Shown: positions 1 through 15,500 of the stretch, one piece after another
Layout: the number at the start of each line of letters is the position of its first letter
Numbering within the stretch: position 1 is the stretch's first letter
Source: Eledone cirrhosa
Lineage: Eukaryota
NCBI GenBank assembly: GCA_964016885.1
Contig: OZ024742.1
Coordinates: 361,150,001-361,214,000 of the forward strand
DNA length: 64,000 nt
Direction of reading: 5' to 3'
Program-made: the position numbers and the translations under genes
Notes under the pieces: generated by a model
What the model was told of the DNA's origin: nothing
The model's input: the letters and a program-made list of their open reading frames with translations, nothing else
Databases searched by the model: none

Positions 1-399
1 AGGCTGGTAGGGTGGGGATATTTGGATGATAGAGTGGTGACATTAGGATGATAGAGTGGTGACATTAGTATGATAGAGTGGTGACATTACGATGGTAGAG
101 TAGTGATATTAGGATGATAGAGTGGTGATATTAGGATTATAGAGTGGTGATATTACGATGATAGAGTGGGGATATTAGGATGATAGAGTGGTGATATTAG
201 GAGATAGAGTGGTGATATTAGGATGATAGGGTGGTGATAGTAGGATGATAGAGTGGTAACATTAGGATGATAGGGTGGTGATATTAGGATGATAGAGTGG
301 TGATATTAGGAGATGGAGTGGTGACATTAGGATGATAGAGTGGTGATATTAGGAGTATAGAGTGGTGATATTAGGATGATAGAGTTGTGATATTACGAT

Positions 400-3300
400 G
401 ATAGAGTGGGGATATTAGGATGATAGAGTGGGGATATTTGGATGATAGAGTGGGGATATTAGGATGATAGAGGGGTCACATTAGGATGATAGATCGGTGA
501 CATTAGGATGATAGAGTGGTGATATTAGGATGATAGACTGGGGATATTCGGATGATAGAGTGTGGATATTAGGCTGATAGGGTGTGGATATTAGGATGAT
601 AGAATAGTGATATTAAGATGATAGGGTGGTGACATTAGGATGATCGAGTGGTGACATTAGAATGATAGAGTGGTGATATTAGGAAGATAGAGTGGTGATA
701 TTAGGATGATAGAATGGTGACATTAGGATTATAGGGCGGTGATATTAGGGTGATAGAGTGGTGAAATTAGAATGATAGAGTGGGGACGTTAGGATGATAG
801 AATGGTGATATTAGGATGATAGGGTGGTGATATTAGGGTGATAGAGTGGGGACATTAGGATGATAGAATGGTGACATTAGGATGATAGGGTGGTGATATT
901 AGGGTGATAGAGTGGTGAAATTAAAATGATAGAGTGGTGATATTAGGATGATAGAGTGGTAACATTAGGATGATAGAGGGGTGACATTAGGATGACAGGG
1001 TGGTGATATTAGGATGATAGAGTGGTGATATTAGGAGATAGAGTGGTGACATTAGGATGATAGAGTGGTGATAGTAGGATGATAGAGTGGTGATATTAGG
1101 ATGATAGAGTGGGGATATTAGGATGATAGAGTGGGGATATTACGATGATAGAGTGGTGACATTAGGATGATAGAGTGCTGACATTAGGGTGATAGAGTGG
1201 TGATATTAGGATGATAGAGTGGTGATATTAGGATGATAGAGTGGGGATATTAGGATGATAGAGTGGGGATATTTGGATGATAGAGTGGGGATATTAGGGT
1301 GATAGAGGGGTCACATTAGGATGATAGAGTGGTGACATCAGGATGATAGAGTGGTGACATTAGGATGATAGACTGGGGATATTAGGATGATAGAGTGGGG
1401 ATATTAGGGTGATAGAGTGGTGATATTAGGATGATAGAGGGGTGACATTAGGATGATAGAGTGGGGATATTAGGATGACAGAGTAGGGATATTAGTCTGA
1501 TAGGGTGGGGATATTTGGATGATAGAGTGGTGACATTAGGATGATAGAGTGGTGATATTAGGATGACAGGGTGGTGATATTAGGATGATAGAGTGGTGAT
1601 ATTAGGAGATAGAGTGGTGACATTAGGATGGTAGAGTGGTAACATTAGGATAATAGAGGGGTGCCATTAGGATGATAGAGTGGTAACATTAGGATGATAG
1701 AGTGGTGACATTAGGATGATAGAGTGGTGACATTAGGGTGATAGAATGGTGACATTAGGATGATAGAGTGGTGATATTAGGATGATAGAGTGGTGATATT
1801 AGGATGATAGAGTGGGGATATTAGGATGATAGAGTGGGGATATTTGGATGATAGAGTGGGGATATTAGGGTGATAGAGTGGTGATATTAGGATGATAGAG
1901 TGGTGATATTAGGATGATAGAGTGGGGATATTAGGATGATAGAGTGGGGATATTTGGATGATAGAGTGGGGATATTAGGGTGATAGAGGGGTCACATTAG
2001 GATGATAGAGTGGTGACATTAGGATGATAGAGTGGTGACATTAGGATGATAGACTGGGGATATTAGGATGATAGAGTGGGGATATTAGGCTGATAGGGTG
2101 GGGATATTAGGATGATAGAATGGTGATATTAAGATGATAGAGTTGTGACATTAGGATGATAGAGTGGTGACATTAGGATGATAGAGTGGTGATTTTAGGC
2201 TGATAGAGTGGGGATATTAGGATGATAGAGTGGTGATATTAGGATGATAGAGTGGGGATATTAGGATGATAGAGTGGGGATATTAGGATGATAGAGTGGT
2301 GATATTAGGATGATAGAGTGGGGATATTAGGATGATAGAGTGGGGATATTAGGATGATAGAGTGGTGACATTAGGATGATAGAGTGGTGATATTAGGATG
2401 ATAGAGTGGGGATATTAGGATGATAGAGTGGGGATATTTGGATGATAGAGTGGGGATATTAGGATGATAGAGGGGTCACATTAGGATGATAGATCGGTGA
2501 CATTAGGATGATAGAGTGGTGATATTAGGATGATAGACTGGGGATATTCGGATGATAGAGTGTGGATATTAGGCTGATAGGGTGTGGATATTAGGATGAT
2601 AGAATAGTGATATTAAGATGATAGGGTGGTGACATTAGGATGATCGAGTGGTGACATTAGAATGATAGAGTCGTGATATTAGGAAGATAGAGTGGTGATA
2701 TTAGGATGATAGAATGGTGACATTAGGATTATAGGGCGGTGATATTAGGGTGATAGAGTGGTGAAATTAGAATGATAGAGTGGGGACGTTAGGATGATAG
2801 AATGGTGATATTAGGATGATAGGGTGGTGATATTAGGGTGATAGAGTGGGGACATTAGGATGATAGAATGGTGACATTAGGATGATAGGGTGGTGATATT
2901 AAGGTGATAGAGTGGTGAAATTAAAATGATAGAGTGGTGATATTAGGATGATAGAGTGGTAACATTAGGATGATAGAGGGGTGACATTAGGATGACAGGG
3001 TGGTGATATTAGGATGATAGAGTGGTGATATTAGGAGATAGAGTGGTGACATTAGGATGATAGAGTGGTGATAGTAGGATGATAGAGTGGTGATATTAGG
3101 ATGATAGAGTGGGGATATTAGGATGATAGAGTGGGGATATTACGATGATAGAGTGGTGACATTAGGATGATAGAGTGCTGACATTAGGGTGATAGAGTGG
3201 TGATATTAGGATGATAGAGTGGTGATATTAGGATGATAGAGTGGGGATATTAGGATGATAGAGTGGGGATATTTGGATGATAGAGTGGGGATATTAGGGT

Positions 3301-6300
3301 GATAGAGGGGTCACATTAGGATGATAGAGTGGTGACATCAGGATGATAGAGTGGTGACATTAGGATGATAGACTGGGGATATTAGGATGATAGAGTGGGG
3401 ATATTAGGGTGATAGAGTGGTGATATTAGGATGATAGAGGGGTGACATTAGGATGATAGAGTGGGGATATTAGGATGACAGAGTGGGGATATTAGTCTGA
3501 TAGGGTGGGGATATTTGGATGATAGAGTGGTGACATTAGGATGATAGAGTGGTGATATTAGGATGACAGGGTGGTGATATTAGGATGATAGAGTGGTGAT
3601 ATTAGGAGATAGAGTGGTGACATTAGGATGGTAGAGTGGTAACATTAGGATGATAGAGGGGTGCCATTAGGATGATAGAGTGGTAACATTAGGATGATAG
3701 AGTGGTGACATTAGGATGATAGAGTGGTGACATTAGGGTGATAGAGTGGTGACATTAGGATGATAGAGTGGTGATATTAGGATGATAGAGTGGGGATATT
3801 AGGCTGATAGGGTGGGGATATTAGGATGATAGAATGGTGATATTAAGATGATAGAGTTGTGACATTAGGATGATAGAGTGGTGACATTAGGATGATAGAG
3901 TGGTGATTTTAGGCTGATAGAGTGGGGATATTAGGATGATAGAGTGGTGATATTAGGATGATAGAGTGGGGATATTAGGATGATAGAGTGGGGATATTAG
4001 GATGATAGAGTGGTGATATTAGGATGATAGAGTGGGGATATTAGGATGATAGAGTGGGGATATTAGGATGATAGAGTGGTGACATTAGGATGATAGAGTG
4101 GTGATATTAGGATGATAGAGTGGGGATATTAGGATGATAGAGTGGGGATATTTGGATGATAGAGTGGGGATATTAGGATGATAGAGGGGTCACATTAGGA
4201 TGATAGATCGGTGACATTAGGATGATAGAGTGGTGATATTAGGATGATAGACTGGGGATATTCGGATGATAGAGTGTGGATATTAGGCTGATAGGGTGTG
4301 GATATTAGGATGATAGAATAGTGATATTAAGATGATAGGGTGGTGACATTAGGATGATCGAGTGGTGACATTAGAATGATAGAGTGGTGATATTAGGAAG
4401 ATAGAGTGGTGATATTAGGATGATAGAATGGTGACATTAGGATTATAGGGCGGTGATATTAGGGTGATAGAGTGGTGAAATTAGAATGATAGAGTGGGGA
4501 CGTTAGGATGATAGAATGGTGATATTAGGATGATAGGGTGGTGATATTAGGATGATAGAGTGGGGACATTAGGATGATAGAATGGTGACATTAGGATGAT
4601 AGGGTGGTGATATTAGGGTGATAGAGTGGTGAAATTAAAATGATAGAGTGGTGATATTAGGATGATAGAGTGGTAACATTAGGATGATAGAGGGGTGACA
4701 TTAGGATGACAGGGTGGTGATATTAGGATGATAGAGTGGTGATATTAGGAGATAGAGTGGTGACATTAGGATGATAGAGTGGTGATAGTAGGATGATAGA
4801 GTGGTGATATTAGGATGATAGAGTGGGGATATTAGGATGATAGAGTGGGGATATTACGATGATAGAGTGGTGACATTAGGATGATAGAGTGCTGACATTA
4901 GGGTGATAGAGTGGTGATATTAGGATGATAGAGTGGTGATAGTAGGATGATAGAGTGGTGATATTAGGATGATAGAGTGGTGATAGTAGGATGATAGAGT
5001 GGTGATATTAGGATGATAGAGTGGTGATATTAGGATGATAGAGTGGGGATATTAGGATGATAGAGTGGGGATATTTGGATGATAGAGTGGGGATATTAGG
5101 GTGATAGAGGGGTCACATTAGGATGATAGACTGGGGATATTAGGATGATAGAGTGGGGATATTAGGGTGATAGAGTGGTGATATTAGGATGATAGAGGGG
5201 TGACATTAGGATGATAGAGTGGGGATATTAGGATGACAGAGTGGGGATATTAGTCTGATAGGGTGGGGATATTTGGATGATAGAGTGGTGACATTAGGAT
5301 GATAGAGTGGTGATATTAGGATGACAGGGTGGTGATATTAGGATGATAGAGTGGTGATATTAGGAGATAGAGTGGTGACATTAGGATGGTAGAGTGGTAA
5401 CATTAGGATGATAGAGGGGTGCCATTAGGATGATAGAGTGGTAACATTAGGATGATAGAGTGGTGATATTAGGATGATAGAGTGGTGACATTAGGGTGAT
5501 AGAATGGTGACATTAGGATGATAGAGTGGTGATATTAGGATGATAGAGTGGGGATATTAGGATGATAGAGTGGTGACATTAGGGTGATAGAGTGGTGATA
5601 TTAGGATGATAGAGTGGTGATATTAGGATGATAGAGTGGGGATATTAGGATGATAGAGTGGGGATATTTGGATGATAGAGTGGGGATATTAGGGTGATAG
5701 AGGGGTCACATTAGGATGATAGAGTGGTGACATTAGGATGATAGAGTGGTGACATTAGGATGATAGACTGGGGATATTAGGATGATAGAGTGGGCATATT
5801 AGGCTGATAGGGTGGGGATATTAGGATGATAGAATGGTGATATTAAGATGATAGAGTTGTGACATTAGGATGATAGAGTGGTGACATTAGGATGATAGAG
5901 TGGTGATTTTAGGCTGATAGAGTGGGGATATTAGGATGATAGAGTGGTGATATTAGGATGATAGAGTGGGGATATTAGGATGATAGAGTGGGGATATTAG
6001 GATGATAGAGTGGTGATATTAGGATGATAGAGTGGGGATATTAGGATGATAGAGTGGGGATATTAGGATGATAGAGTGGGGATATTTGGATGATAGAGTG
6101 GGGATATTAGGATGATAGAGGGGTCACATTAGGATGATAGATCGGTGACATTAGGATGATAGAGTGGTGATATTAGGATGATAGACTGGGGATATTCGGA
6201 TGATAGAGTGTGGATATTAGGCTGATAGGGTGTGGATATTAGGATGATAGAATAGTGATATTAAGATGATAGGGTGGTGACATTAGGATGATCGAGTGGT

Positions 6301-6780
6301 GACATTAGAATGATAGAGTGGTGATATTAGGAAGATAGAGTGGTGATATTAGGATGATAGAATGGTGACATTAGGATTATAGGGCGGTGATATTAGGGTG
6401 ATAGAGTGGTGAAATTAGAATGATAGAGTGGGGACGTTAGGATGATAGAATGGTGATATTAGGATGATAGGGTGGTGATATTAGGGTGATAGAGTGGGGA
6501 CATTAGGATGATAGAATGGTGACATTAGGATGATAGGGTGGTGATATTAGGGTGATAGAGTGGGGACATTAGGATGATAGAATGGTGACATTAGGATGAT
6601 AGAGTGGTGAAATTAAAATGATAGAGTGGTGATATTAGGATGATAGAGTGGTAACATTAGGATGATAGAGGGGTGACATTAGGATGACAGGGTGGTGATA
6701 TTAGGATGATAGAGTGGTGATATTAGGAGATAGAGTGGTGACATTAGGATGATAGAGTGGTGATAGTAGGATGATAGAGT
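400..6780. repeat. Satellite higher-order repeat layer A (~1.7-2.0 kb unit, ~4 copies)
   Basis: The marker AGATCGGTGA and its following variant series recur at 491, 2491, 4205 and 6139. Confidence 0.9.
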
Positions 6781-8885
6781 GGTGATATTAGGATGATAGA
6801 GTGGTGACATTAGGAGATTAGAGTGGTGATGTTAGGAGATAGAGTGGGGATATTAGGATGATAGGGTGGTGATATTAGGATGATAGAGTGGTGACATTAG
6901 GATGATAGAGTGGTGATATTAGGATTGTAGAGTGGGGATATTATGATGATAGTCTGGGGATATTAGGATGATAGAGTGGGGACATTAGGAGATAGAGTGG
7001 GGATATTAGGATGATAGAGTGGTGATGTTAGCATGATAGAGTGGGGACATTAGGAGATAGAGTCGGGATATTAGTATGATGGAGTGGTGATATTCAGATT
7101 ATAGAGTGGTGATATTAGGAGATTGATTCGGGATATTAGGATGATAGAGTGGTGATATTAGGATGATAGAGTGGTGATATTAGGATGATAGACTGGTGAT
7201 ATTAGGAGGATAGTGTGGTGATATTAGGATGATAGACTGGTGATATTAGGATGATAGAGTGATGATATTAGGATGATAGACTGGTGATATTAGGATGATA
7301 GAGTGGTGATATTAGGATGATAGAGTGGTGATATTAGTATGATAGAATGGTGATATTAGGAAGATAGAGTGGTGATATTAGCGTGATAGAGTGGTGATAT
7401 TAGGTTGATAGAGTGGTAACATTAGGATGATCGAGTGGTGATATTAGGATGATAGAGTCGTGATAGTAGGATGATAGAATGGTGACATTAGGCTGATAGG
7501 GTGGTGATATTAGGATGATAGCGTGGTGATATTAGGAGATAGTGTGGTGACATTAGGATGATAGAGTGGTAACATTAGTATTATAGAGTGGTGATATTAG
7601 GACTATAGAGTGGTGACATTAGGATGATAGAGTGGTGACATTAGGATGATAGAGTGGTGATATTAGGATTATAGAGTGGTGATATTAGGATGAGAGAATG
7701 GTGATATTAGGGGATAGAGTGGGGACATTAGGATGATACATTGGTGATATTAGGATGATAGAGTGGTGATATTACGATGATAGAGTGGGGATATTAGGAT
7801 GATATAGTGGGGATATTTGGATGATAGAGTGGTGATATTAGGATGATAGAGTGGTGACATTAGGAGGTTAGAGTGGTGATGTTAGGAGATAGAGTGGGGA
7901 TATTAGGATGATAGGGTGGTGATATTAGGATGATAGAGTGGTGACATTAGGATGATATAGTGGTGATATTAGGATTGTAGAGTGGGGATATTATGATGAT
8001 AGTCTGGGGATATTAGGATGATAGAGTGGGGACATTAGGAGATAGAGTGGGGATATTAGGATGATAGAGTGGTGATGTTAGCATGATAGAGTGGGGACAT
8101 TAGGAGATAGAGTCGGGATATTAGTATGATGGAGTGGTGATATTCAGATTATAGAGTGGTGATATTAGGAGATTGATTCGGGATATTAGGATGATAGAGT
8201 GGTGATATTAGGATGATAGAGTGGTGATATTAGGATGATAGACTGGTGATATTAGGAGGATAGTGTGGTGATATTAGGATGATAGACTGGTGATATTAGG
8301 ATGATAGAGTGATGATATTAGGATGATAGACTGGTGATATTAGGATGATAGAGTGGTGATATTAGGATGATAGAGTAGTGATATTAGTATGATAGAATGG
8401 TGATATTAGGAAGATAGAGTGGTGATATTAGCGTGATAGAGTGGTGATATTAGGTTGATAGAGTGGTAACATTAGGATGATCGAGTAGTGATATTAGGAT
8501 GATAGAGTCGTGATAGTAGGATGATAGAATGGTGACATTAGGCTGATAGGGTGGTGATATTAGGATGATAGCGTGGTGATATTAGGAGATAGTGTGGTGA
8601 CATTAGGATGATAGAGTGGTAACATTAGTATTATAGAGTGGTGATATTAGGACTATAGAGTGGTGACATTAGGATGATAGAGTGGTGACATTAGGATGAT
8701 AGAGTGGTGATATTAGGATTATAGAGTGGTGATATTAGGATGAGAGAATGGTGATATTAGGGGATAGAGTGGGGACATTAGGATGATACATTGGTGATAT
8801 TAGGATGATAGAGTGGTGATATTACGATGATAGAGTGGGGATATTAGGATGATATAGTGGGGATATTTGGATGATAGAGTGGTGA
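6781..8885. repeat. Satellite higher-order repeat layer B (1050-bp unit, 2 copies)
   Basis: The marker GATTGATTCG occurs at 7121 and 8171 with near-identical flanking variant order. Confidence 0.9.
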
Positions 8886-9559
8886 TATTAGTGTGATAGA
8901 GGGGTAACATTAGGATGATAGAGTGGTGACATTAGGATGATAGAGTGGGGATATTAGGATGATAGAGTGGGGATATTAGGATGATAGAGTCGTGATATTA
9001 GGATGATAGAGTCGTGATACTAGGATGATAGAGTGGGGATATTAGGCTGATAGGGTGGGAATATTTGGATGATAGAGTGGTGACATTAGGATGATAGAGT
9101 GGTGACATTAGGATGATAGGATGGTGATATTAGGATGATAGAGTGGTGATATTAGGATGATAGAGTGGGGATATTAGGATCATAGAGTGGTGACATTAGG
9201 ATGATAGAGTGGTGATATTAGGAGATAGAGTGGTGATAGTAGGGTGATAGAGTGGTGATATTAGGATGATAGGGTGGTGATATTAGGATGATAGAGTGGT
9301 GATATTAGGATGATAGGGTGGTGATATTAGGATGATAGAGTGAGGATATTAGGATGATAGAGTGGGGATTTTAGGCTGATAGTGTGGGGATATTTGGATA
9401 ATAGAGTGGGGATATTTGGATGATAGAGTGGGGATATTAGGGTGATAGAGGGGTAACATTAGGATGATAGAGTGGTGACATTAGGATGATAGAGTGGTGA
9501 CATTAGGATGATAGACTGGGGATATTAGGATGATAGAGTGGGAATATTAGGCTGATAGA

Positions 9560-12500
9560 GTGGTGATATTAGGAGATAGAGTGGGGATATTAGGAGATAG
9601 AGTCGGGATATTAGGATGATAGAGTGGTGATATTATGATGACAGAGTGGTGATAATAGGATGATAGTGTTTTGATATTAGTATGTTAGAGTGGTTATATT
9701 AGGACATGGAGTGGGGATATTAGGTTGATAGAGTGGTGATATTAGGAGATAGAGTGGGGATATTAGGATGATAGGGTTGTGATATTAGTTTGATAGAGTG
9801 GGGATATTAGGATGATAGACTGGGGATCTTAGGATGATAGGGTGGGGATATTTAGATGATAGAGTGGTGACATTAGGATGATAGAGTGGGGATATTAGGA
9901 TGAGTGTGTGGTGATAATAGGAGATAGTGTGGGGATATTGGGATGATAGAGTGGTGACATTAGGAGAGAGAGTGGTGATATTAGGATGATAGAGTGGTGA
10001 TATTAGGATGATAGTGTGGTGACATTAGGATGATAGAGTGGTGATATTAGGAGAGAGAGTGGTGATATTAGGAGATAGAATCAGGATATTAGGATGATTG
10101 AGTGGTGATATTAGGAGATAGAATGGGGATATTAGGAGATAGAGTCGGGATACTAGGATTATAGAGTGGGGACATTAGGATGATAGAGTGGTGATATTAG
10201 GAGATAGAGTGGTGATATTAGGAGATAGAGTGGTGATATTAGGATGATAGAGTGGGGATATTAGGAGATAGAGTCGGGATATTAGCATGATAGAGTGGGG
10301 ACATTAGGATGATAGAGTTGTGATATTAGGAGATAGAGTGGTGATATTAGGATGATAGAGTGGTGATATTAGGATGATAGAGTGGTGATATTAGGAGATA
10401 GAGTGGGGATATTAGGATGATAGAGTGGGGATATTAGGAGATATAGTCGTGATATTAGGATGATAGAGTGGTGACATTAGGGAGATAGAGTGGTGATATT
10501 AGGATGATACAGTGGGGACATTAGGATGATTGAGTGGTGATATTAGGATGATAGAGTGGTGATATTAGGATGATAGTGTGGTGATATTAGGATGATAGAT
10601 TGGGCATATTAGGATGATAGAGTGGTGACGTTAGGATGATAGAGTGGTGACATTAGGATGATAGAGTGGTGACATTAGGATGATAGAGTGGTGACATTAG
10701 GATGATTGAGTGGTGACATTAGGATGATAGAGTGGGGATATTAGGATGATAGAGTGGGGATATTAGGATCATAGAATGGTGACATTAGGATGATAGAGTG
10801 GTGACATTAGGATGATAGAGTGGTGACATTAGGATGATAGAGTGGGGATATTAGGATGATAGAGTGGTGACATTAGGATGATAGAGTGGTGATATTAGAA
10901 TGATAGAGTGGTGATATTAGGATGATAGAGTGGTGACATTAGGATGATAGAGTGGGGATATTAGGATGATAGAGTGGTGACATTAGGATGATAGAGTGGT
11001 GATATTAGGATGATAGAGTGGTGATATTAGGATGATAGAGTGGGGATATTAGGATGATAGAGTGGTGATATTAGGAAGATAGAGTGGTGATACGAGTATG
11101 ATCGAGTGGTGATATTAGGAGATAAAATGGGGATATTAGGGTGATAGAGTGGTGACGTTAGGAAGATAGAGTGGGGCTTTAGGATGATAGAGTGGTGATA
11201 TTATGATGATAGAGTGGTGACATTAGGAGATAGAGTGGGGATATTAGGATGAGTGTGTGGTGATAATAGGAGATAGTGTGGGGATATTGGGATGATAGAT
11301 TGGTGATATTATGATGATAGAGTGGTGATATTAGGATGATAGAGTTTTGATATTAGTATGTTAGAGTGGTAATATTAGGACATGGAGTGGGGATATTAGG
11401 TTGATAGAGTGGTGATATTAGGAGATAGAGTGGGGATATTAGGATGATAGGGTTGTGATATTAGGTTGATAGATTGGGGATATTAGGATGATAGACTGGG
11501 GATATTAGGATGATAGGGTGGGGATATTTAGATGATAGAGTGGTGACATTAGGATGATAGAGTGGGGATATTAGGATGAGTGTGTGGTGATAATAGGAGA
11601 TAGTGTGGGGATATTGGGATGATAGATTGGTGATATTAGGATGATAGTGTGGGGACATTAGGATGATAGAGTGGTGACATTAGGAGATAGAGTGGTGATA
11701 TTAGGATGATACAGTGGGGACATTAGGATGATACATTGGTGATATTAGGATGATAGAGTGGTGATATTAGGATGATAGAGTGGTGATATTAGGAGATAGA
11801 GTCGGATATTAGGATGATAGAGTGGTGACATTAGGATGATAGAGTGGTGACATTAGGATGATAGAGTGGTGACATTAGGATGATAGACTGGGGATATTAG
11901 GATGATAGAGTGGTGATATTAGGATGATTGAGTGGTGATATTAGGATGATAGAGTGGTGATATTAGGATGATAGAGTGGTGATGTTAGGAGATAGAGTGG
12001 TGATATTAGGAGATAGAGTGGGGATATTAGGAGATAGAGTCGGGATATTAGGATGATAGAGTGGTGATATTATGATGACAGAGTGGTGATAATAGGATGA
12101 TAGTGTTTTGATATTAGTATGTTAGAGTGGTTATATTAGGACATGGAGTGGGGATATTAGGTTGATAGAGTGGTGATATTAGGAGATAGAGTGGGGATAT
12201 TAGGATGATAGGGTTGTGATATTAGTTTGATAGAGTGGGGATATTAGGATGATAGACTGGGGATCTTAGGATGATAGGGTGGGGATATTTAGATGATAGA
12301 GTGGTGACATTAGGATGATAGAGTGGGGATATTAGGATGAGTGTGTGGTGATAATAGGAGATAGTGTGGGGATATTGGGATGATAGAGTGGTGACATTAG
12401 GAGAGAGAGTGGTGATATTAGGATGATAGAGTGGTGATATTAGGATGATAGTGTGGTGACATTAGGATGATAGAGTGGTGACATTAGGAGAGAGAGTGGT

Positions 12501-15500
12501 GATATTAGGAGATAGAATCAGGATATTAGGATGATTGAGTGGTGATATTAGGAGATAGAATGGGGATATTAGGAGATAGAGTCGGGATACTAGGATTATA
12601 GAGTGGGGACATTAGGATGATAGAGTGGTGATATTAGGAGATAGAGTGGTGATATTAGGAGATAGAGTGGTGATATTAGGATGATAGAGTGGGGATATTA
12701 GGAGATAGAGTCGGGATATTAGCATGATAGAGTGGGGACATTAGGATGATAGAGTTGTGATATTAGGAGATAGAGTGGTGATATTAGGATGATAGAGTGG
12801 TGATATTAGGATGATAGAGTGGTGATATTAGGAGATAGAGTGGGGATATTAGGATGATAGAGTGGGGATATTAGGAGATATAGTCGTGATATTAGGATGA
12901 TAGAGTGGTGACATTAGGGAGATAGAGTGGTGATATTAGGATGATACAGTGGGGACATTAGGATGATTGAGTGGTCATATTAGGATGATAGAGTGGTGAT
13001 ATTAGGATGATAGTGTGGTGATATTAGGATGATAGATTGGGCATATTAGGATGATAGAGTGGTGACGTTAGGATGATAGAGTGGTGACATTAGGATGATA
13101 GAGTGGTGACATTAGGATGATAGAGTGGTGACATTAGGATGATTGAGTGGTGACATTAGGATGATAGAGTGGGGATATTAGGATGATAGAGTGGGGATAT
13201 TAGGATCATAGAATGGTGACATTAGGATGATAGAGTGGTGACATTAGGATGATAGAGTGGTGACATTAGGATGATAGAGTGGGGATATTAGGATGATAGA
13301 GTGGTGACATTAGGATGATAGAGTGGTGATATTAGAATGATAGAGTGGTGATATTAGGATGATAGAGTGGTGACATTAGGATGATAGAGTGGGGATATTA
13401 GGATGATAGAGTGGTGACATTAGGATGATAGAGTGGTGATATTAGGATGATAGAGTGGTGATATTAGGATGATAGAGTGGGGATATTAGGATGATAGAGT
13501 GGTGATATTAGGAAGATAGAGTGGTGATACGAGTATGATCGAGTGGTGATATTAGGAGATAAAATGGGGATATTAGGGTGATAGAGTGGTGACGTTAGGA
13601 AGATAGAGTGGGGCTTTAGGATGATAGAGTGGTGATATTATGATGATAGAGTGGTGACATTAGGAGATAGAGTGGGGATATTAGGATGAGTGTGTGGTGA
13701 TAATAGGAGATAGTGTGGGGATATTGGGATGATAGATTGGTGATATTATGATGATAGAGTGGTGATATTAGGATGATAGAGTTTTGATATTAGTATGTTA
13801 GAGTGGTAATATTAGGACATGGAGTGGGGATATTAGGTTGATAGAGTGGTGATATTAGGAGATAGAGTGGGGATATTAGGATGATAGGGTTGTGATATTA
13901 GGTTGATAGATTGGGGATATTAGGATGATAGACTGGGGATATTAGGATGATAGGGTGGGGATATTTAGATGATAGAGTGGTGACATTAGGATGATAGAGT
14001 GGGGATATTAGGATGAGTGTGTGGTGATAATAGGAGATAGTGTGGGGATATTGGGATGATAGATTGGTGATATTAGGATGATAGTGTGGGGACATTAGGA
14101 TGATAGAGTGGTGACATTAGGAGATAGAGTGGTGATATTAGGATGATACAGTGGGGACATTAGGATGATACATTGGTGATATTAGGATGATAGAGTGGTG
14201 ATATTAGGATGATAGAGTGGTGATATTAGGAGATAGAGTCGGATATTAGGATGATAGAGTGGTGACATTAGGATGATAGAGTGGTGACATTAGGATGATA
14301 GAGTGGTGATATTAGGATGATAGAGTGGGGCTATTAGGATGATAGAGTGGTGATATTAGCATGATAGAGTGGTGATATTAGTATGATAGAGTGGGGATAT
14401 TAGGATGATAGAGTGGTGATATTAGGATGATAGAGTGGGGATTTTAGGATGAGAGAGTGGTGATATTAGGATGATAGAGTGGGGATATTAGGATGAGAGA
14501 GTGGTGATATTAGGATGATAGAGTGGTGATATTAGGATGATAGAGTGGGGATTTTAGGATGAGAGAGTGGTGATATTAGGATGATAGAGTGGGGATATTA
14601 GGATGAGAGAGTGGTGATATTAGGATGATAGAGTGGTGATATTAGTATGATTGAGTGGCGATATTAGGTTGATAGGGTGGTGATATTAGGATGATAGAGT
14701 GGTGACATTAGTATGATAGATTGGTGATATTAGGATGGTAGAGTGGTGATATTAGGATGGTAGAGTGGTGATATTAGGATGATAGAGTGGGGCTATTAGG
14801 ATGATAGAGTGGTGATATTAGCATGATAGAGTGGTGATATTAGGAGACAGAGTGGGGATATAAGGGTGATAGAGTGGTGATATTAGGATGATAGTGTGGT
14901 GACATTAGGATGATAGAGTGGTGAGATTAGGATGATAGAGTGGTGATATTAGGAGATAGAATGGGGATATTAGGAGATAGAGTCGGGATACTAGGATGAT
15001 AGAGGGGTGAGATTAGGATTATAGAGGGGTGAGATTAGGGTGATAGAGTGGTGATATTAGGAGATAGAGTGGTGATATTAGGAGATAGAATGGGGATATT
15101 AGGAGATAGAGTCGGGATATTAGGATGATAGAGTGGGGACATTAGGATGATAGAGTGGTGATATTAGGAGATAGAGTGGGGATATTAGGATGATAGAGTG
15201 GGGATATTAGGATGATAGAGTGGTGATATTAGGAGATAGAGTGGGGATATTAGGATGATAGAGTGGTGATATTAGGATGATAGAGTGGTGATGTTAGGAT
15301 GATAGAGTGGTGACATTAGGATGATAGAGTGGTGACATTAGGATGATAGAGTGGTGATATTAGGATGATAGAGTGGTGACATTAGGATGATAGAGTGGTG
15401 ACATTAGGATGATAGAGTGGTGATATTAGGATGATTGAGTGGTGACATTAGGATGATAGAGTGGGGATATTAGGAAGATAGAGTGGTGATATTAGGAGAT